This document shows positions 55,966-64,000 of a stretch of 64,000 nt of DNA, one piece after another. The notes beneath the pieces were generated by a model that made no database searches, had not been told where the DNA came from, and was given only the letters and a program-made list of their open reading frames with translations. The DNA is from Sporopachydermia quercuum (lineage: Eukaryota): NCBI GenBank assembly GCA_001599295.1, contig BCGN01000009.1:1-64000 (forward strand). Reading direction: 5' to 3'. A program made the translations under genes and the position numbers. The stretch's first letter is position 1. Each line of letters begins with the position of its first letter.

Positions 55966-57273
55966 ATGGACGTGTATCTAACCAAAAAACATCAACGGAA
56001 TTATAAACTACTGCAATTGAACTCCACACTAGAGAAAGCCATTGAAAACAATGAAAAGTAAGTGAAAATCTGCTCCTGTTATAATGTTGGTATTATTTCA
56101 TTGCTAACTTTCCTAGAATCCAGTTGAAAGCCTTTAATAACTTATCAGAAGTAGTGATTTGCACTGAAAATGAGAGCTTTCTACTTAAACAGGCTGACCA
56201 TTCAAATACAGTATTATTATTAGAGCCTGATGCAAAAAATTCTTTACAAAATGGATTTATAGCTGTTTCAAGTCAGAAAAACATCCTGGAGCTTGGAAAA
56301 TCAACCCCGAGAGTAGATTTCAGTGAGGTACCAGTATTCAAGGACAAAGACGAATTCAATAAACAAATCAACAACAGTAAGGATAAATTTGACTCCTTGA
56401 CTGAATTAGAGCGGAAAAATCCTTGCTGTGATAAAGAATTCAATAAAATATGGACAGACAATATAGGAACTGAGATTAATGGTGTCGCATGTGTATTAGA
56501 GGTTGACTACGCAGTTTCATTATTGACTAGTATTCTTACGGTCATATCAATACTCAATAAACCAATAGAAAGCGAATTTGATGTCAATGAGCTCTGTGAA
56601 GAAGTATATAAAAGAGATGATGAAATATTGAGAGAGGTCTTAATTGCTGTCATTAGGAAGTTTTTTGATAATGAGGACTCTGGTACGTATTATTGAGTCA
56701 GCAATACCATTTGTTCTGTCAGTGCAGTGTAATACTGCTACTGTTATTCTATTAGCAAATTTGCGAACTATTTACTGTTAGCCGTTTTCTACTAGTACAA
56801 GATTATTACTTATAATGTGTATTGTTCCTTCTTCCACCTCCGATACTAACACATTTTTAGACAAATCATCATCTTCTAAATATAAGCTAAACATTGAGAG
56901 ATCTCTTACAGCTTATGGAATATCGACATTGAAATCTCATTGTCAGAAAGTGAAACCGATAGGTGAGTTCTTACAACTATGGCTTACTTCTTTACCACCA
57001 ATCCTCAAGGACTATCCTTTAAGCGTTTCACTTCTGTCAGGTAATTACTCAAAGCCTATGACTGACAGGATTGTTTATTTTTCTCCCAAATCTCTACCGA
57101 TGGATGTTCATCAAAGGTTTAAACTACTGTTTAATTTGCAGTCCACATGGGAATTAGATGATATAAAACCATACATAGAAGATCTAGTTAAAGGGTCGAA
57201 GATAGAATCATTTGTAATGAAGTATGCCAGAAAGAAGGTAATAGGGAAGAAAGTAATTGTTACTGAAAGATGA
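55966..57273 (+). CDS. DCC1: Sister chromatid cohesion protein Dcc1, 3 exons: 55966-56057, 56117-56682, 56861-57273, about 356 aa
   Basis: YKLLQL, VVICTENESFLLKQADHSNTVLL, LPMDVHQRFKLLFNLQSTWELDDIKPYIEDL, FVMKYARK. Introns GTAAGT..GCTAAC..TAG and GTACGT..ACTAAC..TAG keep frame. Confidence 0.88.
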
Positions 57274-58840
57274 GATAATGGAGAGGCGGTACGGTGTAGG
57301 AAAGAACTANAACAGTGCTACTATGGCTGAGGTTTAAGAGCCTATTCGATGCAACAAGTACTAATATGCTATAGATAAGGTGCTGCGCTGTTAACTATCA
57401 GAGCCAGTATACCAACATTCCTCAATTGTCTTATCGTATACTCACTAATATGTCCTCTTGATATCTTTGGGATATCTGCCTTATNCAGGCGATACGATAC
57501 AACAACAATTAATCAAACAAACAATCAGTCAAACAATCAGCAATCGATCACCACCGCACTTCAGCCTACATCCCCCAAGCAGAAACTGAAAGAGGAATTC
57601 AATGAATAAAACTTGAGGTCATTAAAATCCACAGTTATAACCTATTTCGTAAGTAATAATCCATTTATTCATCAAGTTAGGAGATTCGACTAGGTACAGT
57701 TAGCATCACTTTATTAGCAGTGCGAAATGTGGAGGCCTCCCAAGGGTAAATATATATTGAGACCTGATGTTAGCCAGAGAGGAGGAGAGAGAAGAAAAGA
57801 AATTGCGGATTTTTTATATAAGGAGCACCTGAAAAATGTGCTTATTATTCTTATTATTTGAATAGATTTGGTTTTTTAAAATGGCGAATCCTTCTAGTTT
57901 AGAACTCTTGGTTCACCTATCCTGATATCAAGTCCATAGTAAAGTTCTACTCACTGTTGAACATGAACATCACGTCTCCTTTCATTCTCATCCTTATCAC
58001 CATTTGCCCTGCGAGCTCCAAGAGACCCAGAGAGTTCATTCTTCAGTCTAGTATTTTCATTATCAAAAGATATAAAATCTATAAAATTTCCTTGACAAAC
58101 AACAATGCTTATTTTCTACCTCAAATATCCAATCCTAATACCGTTAAATCCTTCTTTTCTGCTATATCNTATCAATTCCAAACAATGTCTCCCGTATTTC
58201 CCACTACAGAGTGAGATGCGAGGCTAATTCTACAATAAACTCTCAATCCATTATCATTCCACTCATACGATACTATTTTGTCTAAATAATAATCCTAGTC
58301 CACACATCTGCAATAATCTTGAACCGAGAAACCAGATTTTCTTCTGAAAATGTTCAACCAGCTACCCGGTCTGTTTCCACCCTGTTTCCTCTTCATTTCC
58401 TAATTTTTACCCATTTTTTTTGCTCCTTTCTCCTGCATTCTCATCATTCCACCTTCCACAAGACAAAGAGTCCCCTGAACACCCCCACTATATTAATTAC
58501 TATCCACATCTCGTCTCTTCTTGTAGAGGTAAGTTACCCTCCTATGATATTTTTATTTACTTACCCGTCCGTCACAATTACCCAAACCAGACTCTCATCT
58601 TATACTACGCGTACAAAAAACCCCATAATAAATACCATCTGGAGGCCTATCGATACAATAACAGCACACTAAGTAATAGCTTGAACAGCTTAAAGAGACA
58701 TCGAATAGCAAGAAAAAGGGCATCAAACTGTAGAACTGAGCTGTANTAAGTTGTATGAGAGTGAGCAGTGGTAACACAGTGAAGATTGGTTGCAGGAAAC
58801 TGTGTTTTGTAGCGGGAATAGTTGTGTGGGATATTTAGTG

Positions 58841-58860
58841 TACTGTACTGTACTGTACTG
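58841..58860. repeat. (TACTG)4 microsatellite upstream of the formin gene
   Basis: Four exact tandem units. Confidence 0.8.
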
Positions 58861-59066
58861 TTCTGTTTTCAGTTGAATGAAAGGTGGAATGAGTGAATGA
58901 ACTGCGATTGAAGTTAATGGAAGAAAGGAACGAACGNNACGAACGGAAAGGACAGGATTAGAAGAAATTGAAAGAGTTCGGAGGTCTCGGAACGGAAAAA
59001 AGGCCATTGGAGTTGATCATCTCGGAACGATCCGGAACCAATTGGAACCGATTGGAATAATCCAGA

Positions 59067-62000
59067 ATGAAGCGATTAGTCCACGGAGATCGGAAGCCGT
59101 CGATTGCTTCCGTGAATTCCAACGGATCAGAAGAATCGGATGCACATCCGGCAAGCAAAGGCACCTCGAGTGGTTTGCTTCGGAAGTTCAAATCGGGCAA
59201 GTCAGATCAATCAAGCAACTCTAATTCTACTGTTACGAGCGATAGAAGAGGCTCAAGCGCCACTTCCATTTACTCTTCTAGGAATCAAAGCCGCCACAGT
59301 TCTTATACTTCGGAGCAAACTGGATCCTCTGTTTCTGTACATCATATCTCACAATCTTTACAACCTACCATGTATCCCTACGCGCACCAGCACTCCTCAG
59401 TTAGTTTGACGGATGTGTCATCATCGGGTAGCTCATTAGACACTGTAGCGGAATCATTTACTATTGGAACCGGAACCTGCATAAACTCGACTTCGGCTTC
59501 GGGATCATTTCCTTCTCTGGACCCGTTAGCGGCAAGTCGTTCCGAATCAGGCATCCTAGCAGGATCCCAAAGCTCTCTCGAAAATAACAGTCAAATGCAT
59601 AGTTACAGTCTCAGCCAACATCATACCAAGCCACGCCACACTTTTAGCGGAAATATTTCTATTTCGGGACCAATACCCACCACTTCCTCAGCCATAGCTC
59701 CAGATTCGGTCTCAGTCTCAAACATGAAACGCCAGGGAATTCGTACAAACTCAGTTTACTCCATATCCTCAAACTCTATCTCCCGGAATAAAGACACGGC
59801 GGAATTTAATTTAGATATGCCAAAAGACCCCGCAGTGATTGACACATTATTTGCTGAACTAATGACCCGTCGGAACTTTAAAGCCCTACCGGAATCCGCC
59901 CGCACCGAAATGAAAAACTACCCTGTAGAGAAAAAGTGGATGCTGATCCATCAGGACGCTTTAGCCGAGTTTAAGAAGACTCAAAGAGGAAAATCTACCC
60001 GAAATGAGGACCAATTTTCCCCGCAATGGTATGTCCGAAAGCTAATGGACAATACAATCTCGGTAAAACAGCTTGGCAACCTCTGGGTGTCCCTTAGAAC
60101 AGAACCGGTCGGATGGGTCAAAGGTTTCATAGCCGCTCAAGGCCAAATTGCCCTATCAACGGTACTACAACAGCTAAACACTAAGACCGACCCGAGTCGA
60201 AAGACGGATGAGGTATTCTTAGAACGGGAGAATGCCCTAGTTCGATGCTTAAAAGCAGTGCTTAATATAACCGAAGGAGCCAACAATGCCCTGCAAACGG
60301 GATCTCAATGCCTACCGGCTATTGCCTCGACTTTACTCTCTGCTAGACTCCCTACTAGGAAAATGGCTACCGACGTGTTGATTTTTTTGGCTCATTGGGA
60401 AATCCAACAGGGCTATTTATTAGTATTAGACGCTCTTGACTCGCTACAAGCGGAGCCTTCACCGGCCCGGTTCCAGCACTGGCTTAAGGTTGTAGAACAT
60501 ACGTTAGACGGTCGGGGGAAATTTGGCTCATTGGTCGGAGCAAGCGAGGAACTTCGTGCCACGGGAGCCCTCGGAGAGAATCAACTTTTAGAGTACGGCT
60601 TGGCCACGCTGTTACTAGTGAATACGATAATAGACGGAGCGGAAGAGCTTCGGGTTCGGATGCAGCTCCGGGCTCAGTTCCGAACCTCGGGATTAACTCG
60701 GATAGTGGGCAAACTTTATTCTTTAGGCTACGATCTAATTGATGAGCAGATCCGAAGATACGACGAGGCGGCTGCCGAAGATACTGAAAAGTTTACCCTC
60801 GCTAACGGCTACGGATCGGGCAATAGCAACATTGGAGATCTTTCCAACCCAGTGCAAATAGCCGAGGCCCTGTGGGAGCGGACCCGTGGAACGGAAGCGG
60901 AAGCTCATTTGATGTCCACCTTACAACATTTATTATTAGCAAACCCGACCTCAGAGGCAGATCCAAGCCCGCTATTCCGCGTTATAGACGGAATGGTGTC
61001 TTCTGTGGCACTTGGCAAAGTGGCTGGCACTGGTGACGTGGCGCAGGGACTAAACGCCACAGTTCAACGTCTTCTAGACCGAATGCAGACCGATGATATG
61101 GCAAGAAGGGCAATTCTTGAGGCAAAAGAAATGGGGAAAATGCTGGAAGAAGTTCGGGCCGAGAAAGAACGGCTAGAGCGGCAAATGTCGCTTGGAGCGG
61201 ACGGCCTGGTGGCTAAATTACAAGGAGAAGTGGAAGAACAAAGCCGAATTCTCGTAAGAACTCGGCAAATGAATGAAGATTTGCAGGAGGAAATCGAACA
61301 GTTGAAAGTTGCCGCTCAAAAAGAGCGGCAAGAGACCGAAGTGGAGATGCGGGAACTTTATCTGATGGTTACGGAAGGAGCTCGGAAGGCGGAACTGAGC
61401 CGGAAGGCGAGTATTCATGGCAAAAACGCGGAAAATATTCGGTTTTCTCGGCTTGGAGACGGCGATATCGGGAACAATAGTAATTATAATAAGAGAAACA
61501 GCAGGCTCGGCGCCAATGCCGGAAATACTGGAAACTATGCTGGTTCAGATATTCGAAACTCTATGGATATCGATATTCTTCAAGGCGGAATTGTTGACCG
61601 AAAAGCTCTTGTTTCAAAGTTGGAAGCACAACTAGCTAAGGCAAAAGCGATTCGGAACGTAGATGGAGTGTATGAAGAGCCGAGTGCTCGACTTCGGGAA
61701 CTTCGGGATCAAATGGAATGCATAGAAATGCAAGCTCGGGAGCTGGAGCGGATGGATTTCAACGATGAGCATCAGAAACGCCGGAGACGACGAAAGAAGC
61801 AGTTGAAACTCGGAATGTCCCCCGCAAACCTTAACCCCACTTTGGAAGATGTAGCGCAGTTGGAAGAACTTAAAAAGAAGCTCCAGGCGTTGCAAATGGA
61901 TACAAGTGTGATACTGCAGAATTTAGAAAACGATAACGATGGAGATAACCGAAGTAACGGAATAGATGAGTATGGGGAAGAACTAATTGAGAAACGACGG

Positions 62001-64000
62001 GAAATGCTTCGGCAATTGAAGGAGATTCAGCATGAATATCCGGTATTATTTCCGGAAGAAAACGGAACCGATAGTGGAGAAGGGGAACTTGGAACCGATA
62101 GCGGTGATTACGGAGACGATCTGGAAGATTTCTCTGATATTGAAATTATCGAGGAAGAACCAGCTGGTTCGGATTTAGGAAATATAAGCGAAAATCCCTC
62201 CGACAAAACCCTCAAAGTAGGTAAAACGGGAAAGAATATTACTTCTGATTCCGATATTAATTCCGAAATCGATGAAAAGTTCTGTCGTGAGTTCATGGAA
62301 GTCCAGAAGCTACGGGAAAATATGCTCCAGCTATTGAACAGCCGATCAAGTATTGGAGGCAACGCCGACAGAGATAGTGGAATTGATATCGGATCGTCCT
62401 ATACCTCGGATCGGAATAGTGCGGAAGAAGAGCTACTAACTAAGCTGGAAGCTAAATATATCGGAACGAAACCAGCTGAACCGTCAAAAGCGAGAGTTGT
62501 AACTATCGGGAGAGTAAAGCCGGAACCAGTAGTCTATTCTTCTACCGGTGTGGCTCAGCCTCGAGAACAACCAGCTTTCTTATCGGAGTTAGTGGCTAAA
62601 GTTCCGTTGACGAATGCCACAACGAAATCGGAAAACATTCCATTGAGTTCCGGAAATGGTTTGCAGGCGGAATCCGGAAGCCGAACTTTAGATCCAAAAG
62701 CAGGACCCGAACCGGCTGAAAGCGGAAAGAGCAACTCTACCAATGCGACACCACCTGCGCCACCATTGCCAGATTTCATTAAAATTTCTGGCTCCAATGC
62801 CAGCTCTGCTACCCCTCCTCTCGCCCCNCCTCCCCTACCTCCACCAATGCCCGCCTTCTTATCATCCGCGTCAGAATTATCTACTACCCCTCTCCCACCA
62901 GCACCAGCACCAGCACCACCTCCTCCTCCTCCTCCTCCTGGTTTCCTTGACTCAAGCGGATCCGCTGTTACTGCATATGTCTCATCTTCTAATACCTCTA
63001 TCCTTCCTCCCCCTCCCCCACCTCCTTTGCCCCATCCTACCAAAACTATCCCTACAAGCGTAACCTTACCTCATACCCCTCCCCTACCAACAGACATGAA
63101 GCCTCGCCCAAAACGGAAGTTGAAGCAAATGCACTGGGAAAAACTAGAAACCGTGGAAAACACTTTCTGGTCCGAATTACCCGCGGAAGCTATATCTTCC
63201 GATTTGCTCCAAAAGGGAATATTTGCAGAGGTTGAGTCTATTTTCGCAGCAAGAGAGGCTAAGAAACTAACCGGAAAGAGTAAATCTGCCGAGTCTACCA
63301 AGGTCTCCTATCTTTCACGTGATTTGTCCCAGCAGTTCGGCATAAACCTGCATAGTTTTGCATCAGTTCCAGTGGAAAAGCTTATTATGCGGATATTAAG
63401 ATGCGATAAAACCGTTATCGGAAATGTTAATCTATTAGAGTTTTTCTCCAAGCCCGAATTATGCGAGTTGACTAATACAGTTGTGCGGAGCTTTGAACCT
63501 TATAGCACTGACTATCGGAATGGAGTCAGGATAGCTTCCGGTATAGGATATAACAAATTTAGAAACGAAGATAATGGAGAAGACAACAGAAACGAAGATC
63601 TGGCAAATACCGGAAATAGTGATGGTGAAAATGTCGGAGAATATAATACTGCTGACAACGGTAATTTTGGGAATAATAGCAGTATCAGCAATATTCTAAC
63701 CACGATTAACGGAAATAATGTGGTCTACCCCGCACATTCGGCTTCCTATTCAAGTTCTTCTACCGATAAAGACCCCGAAGAATTAGATCGTCCCGACAGA
63801 ATTTACCTGGAACTATGCTACAATTTAAACCATTACTGGAAATCCCGAATGAGAGCCCTTTTAATGATTTCAACATACGAAAAGGAATACTCGGAACTGG
63901 TATCAAAACTCCGGGCTATCGATTCCGCTGTTGACGACATCCGGAATTGCGAAAGCCTTAGAACTGTGTTTGATATCATTCTAGCTGTCGGTAATTATAT
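59067..64000 (+). CDS. BNI1: Formin (Bni1/SepA-type), 3'-partial; absent from the ORF track because no stop falls in the window
   Basis: ATG at 59067 after an in-frame TAA. GBD/FH3 motifs (EKKWMLIHQD, LWVSLRTEPVGWVKGF, LDGRGKFGSLVGAS), coiled coil, poly-Pro FH1 (about 62745-63085), FH2 start KLKQMHWEKL..LSQQFGINLH..ILAVGNY. Confidence 0.88.
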   Translation, partial: MKRLVHGDRKPSIASVNSNGSEESDAHPASKGTSSGLLRKFKSGKSDQSSNSNSTVTSDRRGSSATSIYSSRNQSRHSSYTSEQTGSSVSVHHISQSLQPTMYPYAHQHSSVSLTDVSSSGSSLDTVAESFTIGTGTCINSTSASGSFPSLDPLAASRSESGILAGSQSSLENNSQMHSYSLSQHHTKPRHTFSGNISISGPIPTTSSAIAPDSVSVSNMKRQGIRTNSVYSISSNSISRNKDTAEFNLDMPKDPAVIDTLFAELMTRRNFKALPESARTEMKNYPVEKKWMLIHQDALAEFKKTQRGKSTRNEDQFSPQWYVRKLMDNTISVKQLGNLWVSLRTEPVGWVKGFIAAQGQIALSTVLQQLNTKTDPSRKTDEVFLERENALVRCLKAVLNITEGANNALQTGSQCLPAIASTLLSARLPTRKMATDVLIFLAHWEIQQGYLLVLDALDSLQAEPSPARFQHWLKVVEHTLDGRGKFGSLVGASEELRATGALGENQLLEYGLATLLLVNTIIDGAEELRVRMQLRAQFRTSGLTRIVGKLYSLGYDLIDEQIRRYDEAAAEDTEKFTLANGYGSGNSNIGDLSNPVQIAEALWERTRGTEAEAHLMSTLQHLLLANPTSEADPSPLFRVIDGMVSSVALGKVAGTGDVAQGLNATVQRLLDRMQTDDMARRAILEAKEMGKMLEEVRAEKERLERQMSLGADGLVAKLQGEVEEQSRILVRTRQMNEDLQEEIEQLKVAAQKERQETEVEMRELYLMVTEGARKAELSRKASIHGKNAENIRFSRLGDGDIGNNSNYNKRNSRLGANAGNTGNYAGSDIRNSMDIDILQGGIVDRKALVSKLEAQLAKAKAIRNVDGVYEEPSARLRELRDQMECIEMQARELERMDFNDEHQKRRRRRKKQLKLGMSPANLNPTLEDVAQLEELKKKLQALQMDTSVILQNLENDNDGDNRSNGIDEYGEELIEKRREMLRQLKEIQHEYPVLFPEENGTDSGEGELGTDSGDYGDDLEDFSDIEIIEEEPAGSDLGNISENPSDKTLKVGKTGKNITSDSDINSEIDEKFCREFMEVQKLRENMLQLLNSRSSIGGNADRDSGIDIGSSYTSDRNSAEEELLTKLEAKYIGTKPAEPSKARVVTIGRVKPEPVVYSSTGVAQPREQPAFLSELVAKVPLTNATTKSENIPLSSGNGLQAESGSRTLDPKAGPEPAESGKSNSTNATPPAPPLPDFIKISGSNASSATPPLAXPPLPPPMPAFLSSASELSTTPLPPAPAPAPPPPPPPPGFLDSSGSAVTAYVSSSNTSILPPPPPPPLPHPTKTIPTSVTLPHTPPLPTDMKPRPKRKLKQMHWEKLETVENTFWSELPAEAISSDLLQKGIFAEVESIFAAREAKKLTGKSKSAESTKVSYLSRDLSQQFGINLHSFASVPVEKLIMRILRCDKTVIGNVNLLEFFSKPELCELTNTVVRSFEPYSTDYRNGVRIASGIGYNKFRNEDNGEDNRNEDLANTGNSDGENVGEYNTADNGNFGNNSSISNILTTINGNNVVYPAHSASYSSSSTDKDPEELDRPDRIYLELCYNLNHYWKSRMRALLMISTYEKEYSELVSKLRAIDSAVDDIRNCESLRTVFDIILAVGNY

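Noticed and set aside
57957..59409. Short ORFs between DCC1 and the formin, and antisense ORFs inside the long genes (e.g. 62555-63043)
   Set aside because: No recognisable domains; they are explained as shadows of real CDSs or low-complexity intergenic DNA.
1..64000. CRISPR arrays, rRNA, tRNA, prophage or intact transposons
   Set aside because: None seen; the sequence is eukaryotic with spliceosomal introns and has no repeat-spacer structure.

Overview
AT-rich fungal DNA, most likely an intron-bearing Saccharomycotina yeast (inferred from BUD3-DCC1 synteny and short introns with GT(A)TGT/GTAAGT donors and (A/G/C)CTAAC branch points). The window appears to run inward from a chromosome end. 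It opens with 3+ copies of an 11-bp telomere-like repeat (CTACCTCCCAA), then a GT25 glycosyltransferase and its decayed tandem copy. Next is a compact 13-gene cluster (4.5-28.5 kb) with no PKS, NRPS or terpene cyclase. It holds two paralogous Fungal_trans regulators (one without a DNA-binding domain), two CYP64-clan P450s, a class A flavin monooxygenase, two SDRs, an atypical Rossmann reductase, a beta-hydroxyacid dehydrogenase, a PcaC-like decarboxylase, an alpha/beta hydrolase, a metallo-beta-lactamase-fold lactonase and an MFS transporter. Almost every promoter carries TGGGGTA/GTGGGG sites. This is the best candidate for an undescribed catabolic or detoxification system; the substrate cannot be read from sequence. 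A gene-poor zone follows, with an amino-acid/choline permease, a dead sugar-utilisation module (GH31 YicI-like pseudogene plus Mal63/Suc1-like Zn2Cys6 pseudogene) and a LINE remnant. Core genes come last: an orphan 407-aa protein, BUD3, DCC1 (3 exons) and a Bni1-type formin running off the end. Part of BUD3 and most of the formin show marked CGG/CCG enrichment. All family calls come from motif recognition by eye; no database searches were run.
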